Numbered from the stretch's first letter, positions 1 through 9,591 are shown. The stretch is DNA of 17,309 bases from Bradymonadia bacterium (GCA_046290225.1 JBKAGE010000019.1:1-17309); one strand, 5' to 3'. Program-made: numbers and translations. The notes: generated by a model not told the origin, from the sequence alone.

Positions 1-99
1 CAATCTGCTCGACTATCTTGAGCGATCGATCACCGCGTATCGGTGCGGCTTCGACTATCCGTCGCTCCTACCACTGCCTGATACCGGCTGAACGGTTAC
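1..99 (+). mobile_element. Right end of an IS66-family insertion sequence (probably ISBst12-like group)
   Basis: The transposase C-terminus is followed by CTGAACGGTTAC ending at 99. IS66 elements begin GTAA and end TTAC. The rest of the element lies outside the window. Confidence 0.8.
2..91 (+). CDS. IS66-family transposase, C-terminal end (5'-partial)
   Basis: Not in the ORF track. Frame 2 reads NLLDYLERSITAYRCGFDYPSLLPLPDTG*, matching the typical IS66 transposase ending (N-x-L-x-Y/F-L...A-x-R-x-G-x-x-x-P-S-L-L-P). The stop TGA at 89-91 overlaps the terminal repeat. Confidence 0.75.
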   Translation, partial: NLLDYLERSITAYRCGFDYPSLLPLPDTG

Positions 100-345
100 A
101 ACGCTGTGTATCACCGGCGCGCCGCGCTGCTGTTGAGCGAGCTGATATCGCGCCGCACACTTGATCTCGATTTGGCTCATCGCTGGCCCCCTGTGTGTCT
201 CGTCACCACAGTGATACACCGAGCGCCCCCGACCGTGGTGAACTTTGCGCCTGTGTCAGGCACCGCCGCACCGTGGCCGCCGTCACCAAAATGGTAGATC
301 TCCACGAGGTGATGACACACGATTCACCCAATCGAGACCACGCCC

Positions 346-2019
346 GTGGAGCGCGCGCCCGTGACAACAGCCCCAGACCCCATAGAGCGGCCCATCGAGT
401 GGATCGGCGCCCTCGTCCAGATGCCCATGATCGTGCATGACGCCGGGGGACCTCAGCGGCCCGAAGGTCTGCTCTGGCTGCGCCCTGATCTCGGTATCCT
501 CGGCTTCGAAGTCGCCCCCGCGGGCGAGCTGCTGCCCCAAGCGGCCGCCCATCTGCAGGGGGTCATCGACGCCCCGCAGATCGGGGCTCCGCACACGCCC
601 GACCGGGTGCGTGTCGACTCCGAAGCCCTCGCCGAGGTGCTCAGGCGGTCCCACTGGGACATCGAGATCGTGTGCGCGCCCACCCCCGAGGTGCCCGACA
701 TCGTGCAGAGTTTCGCCGACTTTCTCGATGAGTACGGGCCCGCGCCCAGCTACCTCGACACCGGGGCCACGCCGGGGCAGCTGCGGGCTTTCTTCGGCGC
801 CGCCGAAGAGATGTACCAACAGGCGCCGTGGCGGATCGTGCCCGACGACACATGCGTGTTCGAACTCTCCATCGAGGCCTTGGGGGTGAGATCGTGGGTG
901 TTGTCGGTCATCGGTCAGGCGGGCCACAGGCGCGGGATGTTGTTGTTCCCGAGCGCCGAGGCCTTCGATGTCTTCTACGAGCTGGCCCTGACCGGCATGG
1001 CCAGGCCTGAGGCTATCCCGCCCCATTTGTCTCTGAGCTATGAGCGCGCAGAAGAACAGCAGCCCAGCATGCGTGAAGAGATCGCGCAGCACGGCTGGCC
1101 CATCGCCGGCCCCGCCGCGTACCCGATGCCCGTCGCCATCGACGGCCACATGCAGTCGCGGCTGCCCAGCGCCGATGAGATCGCCATCATCGAGGCCACG
1201 TGTCGGGCGCTCATGACGTGCCTCGACAGCGCAGAGATCGTGCGCCGCGCGTGGGAAGAAGACATCCCGGTAGAATGCTCCGTGGGGGTGAAGGTGCACG
1301 GCAAGATCGTAGAGGTCTTGCTCAAGGCCCCACTGAGCGACGCGTCTCTCGTGGGCGGCGCCTTCGATCCCGATGTCGATCCCTTCGAAGCGCTCGAGCA
1401 GCTTCGTCCCCCGCTCACCGAAGACGAAGAGGCGCGGGCCGACGAGCTCAACGAGGCCCTGTTTCGCAAGTTCTTGGCGGCGCCTGAGTCAGCGGGGCTC
1501 AACCTCGCCCACATCTGCACCATCGTCTGTACGCTGGGCTACAGATACTGTCAGGCCCTGCTGCCCGAGCTGAGCGCTGCAGATCTCGAGCACGTGGTGT
1601 TCACGCTGATGCCCCGCAAGGTGATGATTGAGCCCGAGCAGGCAGGGGACGTCATCGCCGAACTCAAAGCGTTCTATACGTATCTCCACGAGGTGCACGA
1701 CCTCGAGCAGGCCCCGATGTGCATCAAGGTGCTCAGCGGGAAAGCCGTGGATCTGCTGCGAGCGCGGCTCAGAGATCCGTCGCTCTTCGGTCCAGCCAAA
1801 TCGATGTTCGCCGAGACGGGCATGAGCGCGGCCCTGTCTGGCACAGAGGCCTTCGACTTCATGGAAGAGCTTGGAGCGGTGACCGACGCGCTCCGTCGTG
1901 TGCGGGCCGGCGCCCAGGGCGACCCGGCGCCAGCAAACCGACGTAAGGCCAAGGGCGCCCAAAAAACCAAAAAGAAGAAGCGCAAGGCCGCTCAGAGATC
2001 TCGCAAGAAGAATCGATAG
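346..2019 (+). CDS. Hypothetical multi-domain protein with a helical C-terminal domain and a Lys/Arg-rich tail
   Basis: 557-aa ORF with GC-rich third codon positions, first gene of a co-oriented cluster. The middle part (FFGAAEEMYQQAPWR...SVIGQAG..RGMLLF...HGWPIAGPAAYP) recalls DUF6930/DUF7309-type proteins (from memory, unverified). The start is uncertain (GTG 346, GTG 361 or later). Confidence 0.8.
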   Translation: MERAPVTTAPDPIERPIEWIGALVQMPMIVHDAGGPQRPEGLLWLRPDLGILGFEVAPAGELLPQAAAHLQGVIDAPQIGAPHTPDRVRVDSEALAEVLRRSHWDIEIVCAPTPEVPDIVQSFADFLDEYGPAPSYLDTGATPGQLRAFFGAAEEMYQQAPWRIVPDDTCVFELSIEALGVRSWVLSVIGQAGHRRGMLLFPSAEAFDVFYELALTGMARPEAIPPHLSLSYERAEEQQPSMREEIAQHGWPIAGPAAYPMPVAIDGHMQSRLPSADEIAIIEATCRALMTCLDSAEIVRRAWEEDIPVECSVGVKVHGKIVEVLLKAPLSDASLVGGAFDPDVDPFEALEQLRPPLTEDEEARADELNEALFRKFLAAPESAGLNLAHICTIVCTLGYRYCQALLPELSAADLEHVVFTLMPRKVMIEPEQAGDVIAELKAFYTYLHEVHDLEQAPMCIKVLSGKAVDLLRARLRDPSLFGPAKSMFAETGMSAALSGTEAFDFMEELGAVTDALRRVRAGAQGDPAPANRRKAKGAQKTKKKKRKAAQRSRKKNR

Positions 2020-2057
2020 CGACGCGCAGAGGCATTGATCTGAGGGGACCCGTACCC

Positions 2058-4766
2058 ATGACCACTCACCTCTCCCGCCTGCTCGCCCGGGTCACCCCCA
2101 GCGGCCGAGTCATGCTGAGCCACCCCTCGGGCGCGCCGCTCGAAGGGGCTGTTTCGGCCCTCGCCAGCGCCCTCGAAGACGACACCGCCTCGGGCCTCGT
2201 GACCCTCGGCGTCACCGCGCCCGATCTTGCGCTGCACCCCAGCCTCGACTTCTGGCGGGCCCTGAGCTGTCGGCTCATCTCTGCCCTCTGCGGCCTCTAC
2301 GATCCGCTGCGCCCCCACCACATCGAGCGCCCGACCCTCACCGCAGCGGAGGCCTCGCGGTGGAGCGCCCGGATCCCGCCGATGATCGGGAGCGAGCACG
2401 TCACGGCTGATCGCCTCATCGATCTCTGGTCAGCCATGGGGGCAGCCCTCGCCGGGGCCGCCTTGGCCCACCCTGAAGGCCTCAGGGGTCATCTCGCCGA
2501 GGGGCATCACCATTGGCAAGTCGCCGGGCGGGTGTGCCTGCACATCGCCGAACACCCCGCTGATCCCGAGTACCCCTTCGCGTTCATTGCCACATATGCC
2601 CGCCAACGGCCTGGATCCGACCGGATCCACCACGTGCCTCTGGCCCGGGCGCTGCAAGAGTTCGCCGGAGAGCGCGATCAGCTGTTGTCGCTGCTGGCCC
2701 CTCTCCAGCGGGCGGCGAAGGCGCACCCACCCCTCGCGTCGCTCATCGACGCGGGCGACATCTATCACCCCCTGGCGTGGACCCCACAAGAGGCCTTCGA
2801 CCTGCTCTCGGCAGCTGAAGATCTCGAGGCGGCGGGGCTGGCGCTGAGGATCCCCGACTGGTGGACCGGCCGCGGGCGCCGACCCAAGGTCTCGGTCACC
2901 GTGGGCACCGCCTCGCCCTCGGCGGTGGGCCTCGCCGCCGTGATGGACTTCGACGTTGAGGTGGCCCTCGGCGGAGAGACGCTCACTGAGGCCGAAATAC
3001 AACAGCTGCTCTCTGCAGGCCGCGGGCTCACGCTCTTGAAAGGCCGGTGGGTCGAGGTGGATCCCGAGGCCTTATCCGGCGTGCTCGATCATTGGCGCGC
3101 CGTGGGCGCCCGAGCCCGTGCCGAGGGGCTCAGCTTCGCCGAGGCGATGCGCTGGGTGGCCGAGGGTGACGCCGAGAGCGCTGACGAAGACGCCCGGCAG
3201 GCGTGGTCCCAGATCATCGCCGGGCCGTGGCTGCGCGACACGCTCGCCCAGCTGCGCCGTCCCGAAGCCCCGGGGGGGATCGAGGGCGAGGCCCAGCTGA
3301 AGGCCACGCTCAGGCCGTACCAGCGCCGCGGGGTGCAGTGGCTGCAGACCCTCTATGGCCTGGGGCTCGGCGGCTGCCTCGCCGACGACATGGGGCTGGG
3401 CAAGACCATCCAGGTCATCACGCTGCTGGCCTTGCTCAAGGCGCGCGCGCCCGGCGAGACGGCCACGCAGACGGACAGCCCGCGCCCCCTCGACCTGCTC
3501 ATCGTGCCCGCGTCCCTCATCGACAACTGGCGCGGGGAGATGATCCGGTTCGCGCCTCAGCTGCGGCCTTGGGTGGCCCACGCGTCGCACATCCCCGCGA
3601 CGCGACTCAAGGCCACCGAAGAGGGCGATCTCGCCGACGTCGACGTCGTCATCACCACCTACGGCACCGCCCTGCGTACCCCGTGGATTCTGGCGCGGCG
3701 GTGGCGGTGTCTGGTGCTCGACGAGGCCCAGGCCATCAAGAACCCCAAGGCCAAGCAGACGCGGACTATCAAATCCATCGACGCGCGGTGGAGGCTGGCG
3801 CTCACGGGCACCCCCGTAGAGAACCGGCTCACCGATCTGTGGTCGCTGTTCGACTGCGTGAGCCCTGGGCTGCTGGGCAGCCACAGCGACTTCGCCAAAT
3901 CGGTGAAGGCCATGGACGACGCCCCGAGCGGCTACGCCCCCCTGCGGCGTCTGATCTCGCCTTACCTGCTGCGTCGGCTCAAGACCGACACGTCGATCAT
4001 CGCCGACTTGCCCGACAAGACCGAGATCACCACCCACTGCCTGCTCACCAAGGCCCAGGCGGCCCTCTACCGCGAGACCGTGGCCACCCTGTCTCATCTT
4101 CTAGAAACCGCCGAGAAGATGGCCCGGCGGGGGCTGGTGCTCAAGACGCTGATGCAGCTCAAGCAGATCTGCAACCACCCCGCGCAGCTGAGCGGAGATG
4201 GCGACTTCGATCCTGGCCTGAGCGGCAAGATGCAGCAGCTCGCCCACGTGGTGGATGCCATCGCCGCGCGACAAGAGAAGGTGCTCGTGTTCACCCAGTT
4301 TCGCGAGATGATCGCCCCGCTCTCCCGCCACCTCACCACTTGCTTCGGGCGCCCAGGGTTAGAGATTCACGGCGGCACTCCAGTGAAGCAGCGGATGGCG
4401 CGTGTGCAGGCTTTTCAGACCGACGAGTCGGTGCCCTTCATGGTCTTGTCGCTCAAGGCCGGGGGCACGGGTCTCAACCTCACCGCGGCCAACCACGTGA
4501 TCCACTTCGACCGCTGGTGGAACCCCGCGGTGGAGCAGCAGGCCACCGATCGGGCCTACCGCATCGGTCAGCACCGCAACGTCTTGGTGCACAAGTTCGT
4601 GTGCAAGGGCACCGTGGAGGCCCGCATCGACGCCCTCATCCAAAAGAAAGAGGGCCTCGCTAATTCTGTGCTGTCATCAAGCGGAGAGATCCCGCTCACC
4701 GAGCTCAGCGACGAGGCGCTGCTCGCCCTGGTGCGGCTCGATCTCAACAGCGCGGTGCGATCATGA
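2058..4766 (+). CDS. SNF2-family SF2 helicase/translocase (SWIM-associated bacterial type)
   Basis: Motifs LRPYQ, LADDMGLGKT (Walker A), LDEAQAIKN (Walker B), ALTGTPVEN and LKAGGTGLNLTAANHVIHFDRWWNPAVEQQATDRAYRIGQ. A GAGGGG ribosome-binding site lies upstream. Confidence 0.96.
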   Translation: MTTHLSRLLARVTPSGRVMLSHPSGAPLEGAVSALASALEDDTASGLVTLGVTAPDLALHPSLDFWRALSCRLISALCGLYDPLRPHHIERPTLTAAEASRWSARIPPMIGSEHVTADRLIDLWSAMGAALAGAALAHPEGLRGHLAEGHHHWQVAGRVCLHIAEHPADPEYPFAFIATYARQRPGSDRIHHVPLARALQEFAGERDQLLSLLAPLQRAAKAHPPLASLIDAGDIYHPLAWTPQEAFDLLSAAEDLEAAGLALRIPDWWTGRGRRPKVSVTVGTASPSAVGLAAVMDFDVEVALGGETLTEAEIQQLLSAGRGLTLLKGRWVEVDPEALSGVLDHWRAVGARARAEGLSFAEAMRWVAEGDAESADEDARQAWSQIIAGPWLRDTLAQLRRPEAPGGIEGEAQLKATLRPYQRRGVQWLQTLYGLGLGGCLADDMGLGKTIQVITLLALLKARAPGETATQTDSPRPLDLLIVPASLIDNWRGEMIRFAPQLRPWVAHASHIPATRLKATEEGDLADVDVVITTYGTALRTPWILARRWRCLVLDEAQAIKNPKAKQTRTIKSIDARWRLALTGTPVENRLTDLWSLFDCVSPGLLGSHSDFAKSVKAMDDAPSGYAPLRRLISPYLLRRLKTDTSIIADLPDKTEITTHCLLTKAQAALYRETVATLSHLLETAEKMARRGLVLKTLMQLKQICNHPAQLSGDGDFDPGLSGKMQQLAHVVDAIAARQEKVLVFTQFREMIAPLSRHLTTCFGRPGLEIHGGTPVKQRMARVQAFQTDESVPFMVLSLKAGGTGLNLTAANHVIHFDRWWNPAVEQQATDRAYRIGQHRNVLVHKFVCKGTVEARIDALIQKKEGLANSVLSSSGEIPLTELSDEALLALVRLDLNSAVRS

Positions 4767-5773
4767 GCTGGTGGTCATACGGCCCGCAAATGTCGGCCGC
4801 TGAGAAGCGCGCCCAGGCCGAGAAGGAAGCAAAGAAGCTGGCGAAACGCCTCGGTGTGCCGCTCCAGCCCGCCCACGCGAGCCGCAAGATCGCCAAGACG
4901 TTCTGGGGCGAGGCGTGGTGTGACAACCTCGAACGCTACAGCGATCTCGCGAGCCGCCTGCCCCGCGGGCGCACCTACGCCCGGAACGGCTCGATCATCC
5001 ATCTGAGCGCAGAGGGCCGCCGCATCAAGGCCTATGTCTCGGGCAACCGGCTCTATCAGGTGGATATCGAGGTGCAGCCCTTGGCTCCTGAGAGCTGGCA
5101 GGCTCTCAGAGATCGCTGCGCAGGTCAGATCGACTCCGCCGTAGAGCTGCTTAAGGGCGCGCTCTCTTCAGAGGTGATGGCCCACGTGGTCGACCCGGAA
5201 GGCGGCTTGTTCCCCGAGCCCTCAGCGGTGTCGCTCTGCTGCTCTTGCCCTGACTGGGCGAGTATGTGCAAGCATGTGGCGGCGGTACTCTATGGCGTAG
5301 GGCATCGTCTCGACACGGCGCCCGAGCTGCTGTTCGCGTTGAGAGGGGTAGATCACACCGAGCTGGTACGCGACGCCTTAGCCCAAGGCGCTCTGGCTTC
5401 GCTGCCACCGCCTTCCCCCGGGCGGAGGGTGCTGGCCCCGGAGAGCCTGAGCGCCATCTTCGGCGCTGACATCGATCTGCGAGAAGACGCCCTCGAAGCG
5501 CAGACGGAGCCCAATCCACATTCGCCGCCAAGCCCCGAAGCGCACGCGCCCAGAGGTGAGATCGCTGGCCCCGAGGCCCAGGTGAGTCGGAGGGCTCTGC
5601 TGGTGCTCGAGTATGTGCGCGCGCACCCTGGCCTGAGCAAAGGGGAGATTGGGCGCCAGCTGGTGTTCTCCAACGGCGCTGTGAGCGCATCGCTCAAAGA
5701 GCTGAAGGCGCAGGGGCTGGTGGTGTATCGAGGCGGCGGCAAAAATGGCGGATATCACCCGGTCGATGGGTGA
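4763..5773 (+). CDS. SWIM zinc-finger protein with a C-terminal winged helix-turn-helix
   Basis: TFWGEAW...RLPRGRTYARNG N-terminus and CSCPDWASMCKH (CxC...CxH SWIM motif). ATGA overlap with the SNF2 stop. The C-terminal LEYVRAHPGLSKGEIGRQL...LKELKAQGLVVYRGGGKNGGY reads as a wHTH. Confidence 0.92.
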   Translation: MSWWSYGPQMSAAEKRAQAEKEAKKLAKRLGVPLQPAHASRKIAKTFWGEAWCDNLERYSDLASRLPRGRTYARNGSIIHLSAEGRRIKAYVSGNRLYQVDIEVQPLAPESWQALRDRCAGQIDSAVELLKGALSSEVMAHVVDPEGGLFPEPSAVSLCCSCPDWASMCKHVAAVLYGVGHRLDTAPELLFALRGVDHTELVRDALAQGALASLPPPSPGRRVLAPESLSAIFGADIDLREDALEAQTEPNPHSPPSPEAHAPRGEIAGPEAQVSRRALLVLEYVRAHPGLSKGEIGRQLVFSNGAVSASLKELKAQGLVVYRGGGKNGGYHPVDG

Positions 5774-5808
5774 AGGCATCGCGAACATCTGTGTCGAGTG
5801 AGTGAGAG

Positions 5809-6378
5809 GTGGACGAAGAGAAGCTGCTAGAGAAACTGCGCCGGATCGAGGCCCTGCACGCCGGCGCGAGCACTGAGGGAGAGCGCGCCGCCGCGGCCCA
5901 CGCCCGAGAGCGCATCCGTGCGCGGTTGGAGGCCGCTCGGTCTAAGGAAGCGCCGGTGGAGTATCGGTTCTCCATGGACGACATGTGGTCGCGCAAGGTC
6001 TTCGTGGCCCTGCTGCGACGCTACGGTCTGCGCCCCTACCGATACCACGGCCAGCGATACACGACCGTGATGGTCATGGTGCCCGAGAGCTTTGTCGAAG
6101 AGACGCTGTAGCCTGAGTTCGAGGCGATCTCGGGGACGCTGCGGGCGTATCTGTCCGAGGTGACGGATCGCGTGATCACCGAGGTGATTTATCCGACCTC
6201 CGAAGAGGCTGAGGTGGTGCCCAAGGGCGGGCGACCGGCCATCGAGGCCCCTGCGCCGCCAGCGCCAGAGCCCGCGCCACCAGCGCCCGCTGCTCCAGCG
6301 GCGAAGACGGGGCGCTCGGGTGATCAGAAGAAGCGCAAGCGCGGTCCCAACAAGGGCAAGCGCAAGAAGCGCCGGTGA
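5809..6378 (+). pseudogene. Hypothetical protein (about 189 codons, DUF2786-like N-terminal helices) interrupted by one in-frame TAG at 6109-6111
   Basis: ORFs 5809-6111 and 6160-6378 share a frame, and reading through gives ...FVEETL*PEFEAISGTLRAYLSEVTDRVITEVI.... The family as I recall it has LWPEF here, implying TGG>TAG. Confidence 0.8.
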
Positions 6379-6531
6379 GGGCTGTTCGCACGCAACGTCA
6401 CGCAGCGGTGGTGTATGTGAATCAGGGGGGCACGCCCCGTGCGCTTTTGTGCGTGGGTCCATGCGTGCGCATGCAAGAAGAGCTGATATGGGCGCTGTGC
6501 CTCCGCCGTGCCTTTGTTGTAGCCTGGCGCC

Positions 6532-9500
6532 ATGCCTGCTCTACCGCCTGGGCTCTACGACGCCCTCATTACGCTCGCCCTCCAACAGAAGCTTGATGAT
6601 CCGGCACTCCAGATCGAGCGCGCGCCGCTGAGCCCAGACATCTCGTCAGAGGCCCTCGCGCGGCACGTGTTCCAGATCACCTCTGCGGTGTTGTCGTCGG
6701 TGCGGGGCAGTGACACAGAGAAGGTCGCCAGGCAGGTCGAGCTCACCAACCAGCTGCTGAATCACTTGGTGGGGCTCGAGGGTGAGGTAGACGATCGAGA
6801 TCATGTCACCGCAGAGCGCTTGCTCAAGGTGCTGCATCGCGGGCAGGTGCGGTTGGGGGTGGGCAAGCTGCGTCGACCCTCGATCCCGCTACGGCACAGC
6901 GATCTGATCGTAAACGGGCCGAAAGATCTGCGGGTGGGCCGCGAGATTGCGCGAGAGATCGAGTCGGCAGATCGCGTCGACATCCTGGTCTCTTTCGTCA
7001 AATGGTCTGGCTTTGTCGAGATCAGAGACGCCCTGCGTGCGTTCAGCGAGCGCCATGACGGCCAGCCGCCGTTGCGGGTGCTGACGACGACCTACATGGG
7101 GGCCACAGATTACGAAGCCCTCGACGCGCTGGTGGCTCTCGGCGCAGACGTGCGCGTGAGCTACGACGCGCGGCGCACACGCCTGCACGCGAAGGCTTGG
7201 CTGTTCCATCGAGAAAGCGGCTTCTCCACGGGCCTCGTCGGCTCGTCCAACCTCTCCCATGCGGCGCTGCGAGACGGGTGCGAGTGGAACGTCCGTTTAT
7301 CGAGTACCGACAACGCGGCCATCCTGCGCAAGTTCGAGGCGACCTTCGCTCAATACTGGGATGAGGGCACCTTCGAGCCTTACCAGCGAGATCTGTTCAT
7401 CCAGGTGATCAAAGCTCGTCGAAGCTCAGAGCGAGACGCGTTGGCCGCAGCGGTGCGGCTGCACCCATATCCTCACCAGACAGTGGTGCTCGAAGCGCTG
7501 GCTGCAGAGAGAGCTGCGGGTCATCACAACAATCTGGTGATCGCGGCCACTGGGACCGGGAAGACGGTCATCGCCGCCCTCGACTACAAGCGGCTCTGTG
7601 ACGCGTATGGGGGCCGGCCAAGCCTTTTGTTCGTGGCACATCGGCGTGAGATCTTGGAGAAGAGCCGCGCGACCTATCGAACTGCGCTGAGCGATGGCGG
7701 CTTTGGTGAGTTGCTGACAGGCGCTGACAAGCCACTCGATGGGCGACATGTGTTCGCCTCTATTCAATCTCTGCACACGCACAGGCTCAAGGCGCTGCCC
7801 CCTGATGCATACGACATTGTCATCATTGATGAGTTCCATCACGCCGAGGCCCAGACATACACAGCGCTGCTGCAGCATCTGAGACCAAAGGTGTTGTTGG
7901 GCCTCACCGCCACCCCTGAGCGCTCGGACGGCCAGTCGATTCTTCACTGGTTTGATGGGCGCGTTGCCGCAGAGTCCCGGTTGTGGGACGCCCTAGACCA
8001 GGGGCTGCTGGTCCCGTTTCAGTACTTCGGGGTGCACGACGACACCGATTTGTCTCAGATCGACTTCCGGGCTGGTCGGTACAGCGTGGCGGCGTTGGAG
8101 CAGATCTACACCGCCGATGAGCACCGGGCGCATCAAGTGCTCAGGGCGTTGGTGGATCGTGTTCGAGATCCACAACAGATGCGGGCGCTGGGCTTCTGTG
8201 TCTCAGTGAACCACGCCAAGTTCATGGCGGAGTTTTTCAATCGCAGCGGCCTGCCAGCAGAGAGCGTCACCGGCAAAACGCCGCGCGCTGAGCGCCAGAG
8301 GGCGGTCTCTGCGTTGGCGTCTGGAGCGCTGTGTGCAGTGTTCACGGTGGATGTTTTCAACGAAGGCGTCGACATCCCAACGGTGGACACTGTGCTGTTC
8401 TTGCGGCCCACAGAGAGCGCTACGCTGTATCTGCAGCAGCTGGGACGCGGGCTCCGTTTGCACGAGGGCAAGAGTTGCCTCACAGTGCTCGATTTCATCG
8501 GCCAAGCCAATCGAAGGTTTCGTTTTGATCGGCGGTTTCGGGCGCTGCTCGGCGGCGGCACACGGGCTGAGGTCCGAGAGGCGGTAGAAGAGGGTTTCCC
8601 CCGCTTGCCCTCAGGGTGCTCCATTCAGCTCGAGCCGCAAGCGCAACGCTCGATCCTCGATAACATCAAGCGCACGCTGTCGAATTGGGGGGCGCTGGCC
8701 GAAGAGCTGCTGGAAGACTGGCCGCTCAAGACCTTCCTCGAACGCGCAGATCTCGATCTCCGTGAGCTGTATTTAGAGCGAAAGTCGTTCTCTTTGCTCC
8801 GTCAACGACGGGGATATATCGCTGAGGTACCAGACAACGCAGTGACTCGGTCGCTGCCTCGACTCCTGCATGTGGATGACCTGGGGCGACTGTCCCATTG
8901 GCGCTCGCTGTTGTCCGAGCGTCAACCGCCACGACCGAACGCTTCTGATCCATATCAGCTGATGCTCTTTGCGGCCCTCGGCCAAGCGACGCGGTCGGTG
9001 TCTGAGCTGGGCACGTTCCTGAACGAGCTGTGGTCGGAGGAGCTGGTGCTCGACGAGTTACGGCAACTCTTCGAGGTGCTCGACGATCGCCGACGCAAGA
9101 CAACGCACCCAGTCGATGGCCTGCCATTCCAAGTGCACGGGACATACAGTCGTGACGAGATCAGCGCGGGGCTGTTGGAGCTTCGCAAGGGCAAGCTGCT
9201 CCGGACCCAGGGCGGGGTATACAAATGCGAGGCGCATCGCTGTGATGTTCTCTTTGTGACCCTCGACAAAGATGAGAAGGACTTTACGCTGACGACGCTC
9301 TACAACGACTATCCACTCTCCCAGTGGCGCTTTCACTGGGAGAGCCAAGGGGTCACGCGCTTCGAATCTGAGACTGGGCGTAGATATCGCCAGCCGCCAG
9401 AGGGGTGGCGGATCTTTCTGTTTGTACGTCAGTCGAAGAAGGATGAGCGGAAGCAGACGATGCCATATACGTTTCTTGGCCCAGTGCAGTGTGTGTCTGC

Positions 9501-9591
9501 TTCGGGTGATCGACCCATGCAGATCGTATGGAAACTGGAGCGGGCGATGCCGCTTGGCTGGTTTGGCCAAGTGAAGATCGCTGCGGGCTGA
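6532..9591 (+). CDS. PLD-family nuclease + SF2 (DExH) helicase + C-terminal DUF3427-type domain protein; putative restriction/defence enzyme
   Basis: RLHAKAWLF...GSSNLS (single HxK...GSxN PLD nuclease motif), ATGTGKT, DEFHH, TATPER, QQLGRGLR, and a C-terminal LFVTLDK...YNDY...FHWESQ...FLFVR...YTFLGP typical of DUF3427 proteins. Confidence 0.9.
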   Translation: MPALPPGLYDALITLALQQKLDDPALQIERAPLSPDISSEALARHVFQITSAVLSSVRGSDTEKVARQVELTNQLLNHLVGLEGEVDDRDHVTAERLLKVLHRGQVRLGVGKLRRPSIPLRHSDLIVNGPKDLRVGREIAREIESADRVDILVSFVKWSGFVEIRDALRAFSERHDGQPPLRVLTTTYMGATDYEALDALVALGADVRVSYDARRTRLHAKAWLFHRESGFSTGLVGSSNLSHAALRDGCEWNVRLSSTDNAAILRKFEATFAQYWDEGTFEPYQRDLFIQVIKARRSSERDALAAAVRLHPYPHQTVVLEALAAERAAGHHNNLVIAATGTGKTVIAALDYKRLCDAYGGRPSLLFVAHRREILEKSRATYRTALSDGGFGELLTGADKPLDGRHVFASIQSLHTHRLKALPPDAYDIVIIDEFHHAEAQTYTALLQHLRPKVLLGLTATPERSDGQSILHWFDGRVAAESRLWDALDQGLLVPFQYFGVHDDTDLSQIDFRAGRYSVAALEQIYTADEHRAHQVLRALVDRVRDPQQMRALGFCVSVNHAKFMAEFFNRSGLPAESVTGKTPRAERQRAVSALASGALCAVFTVDVFNEGVDIPTVDTVLFLRPTESATLYLQQLGRGLRLHEGKSCLTVLDFIGQANRRFRFDRRFRALLGGGTRAEVREAVEEGFPRLPSGCSIQLEPQAQRSILDNIKRTLSNWGALAEELLEDWPLKTFLERADLDLRELYLERKSFSLLRQRRGYIAEVPDNAVTRSLPRLLHVDDLGRLSHWRSLLSERQPPRPNASDPYQLMLFAALGQATRSVSELGTFLNELWSEELVLDELRQLFEVLDDRRRKTTHPVDGLPFQVHGTYSRDEISAGLLELRKGKLLRTQGGVYKCEAHRCDVLFVTLDKDEKDFTLTTLYNDYPLSQWRFHWESQGVTRFESETGRRYRQPPEGWRIFLFVRQSKKDERKQTMPYTFLGPVQCVSASGDRPMQIVWKLERAMPLGWFGQVKIAAG

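Noticed and set aside
106..320. GTGTATCAC (106-114) / GTGATACAC (211-219) inverted pair and loose GTGT..CACC motifs upstream of the first gene
   Set aside because: Only 9 bp with irregular spacing; could be operators but cannot be distinguished from chance here.
283..1299. Long antisense ORFs (283-1299, 3072-4097, 5827-6462 and similar)
   Set aside because: Shadow ORFs of real high-GC genes with no recognisable motifs.
3203..4663. 486-aa alternative-frame ORF inside the SNF2 gene
   Set aside because: Arg/Ala/Pro-rich translation typical of off-frame GC-rich DNA; the SNF2 frame carries all the motifs.
6250..6300. Short GCGCC-rich repeats
   Set aside because: They simply encode a Pro/Ala linker.
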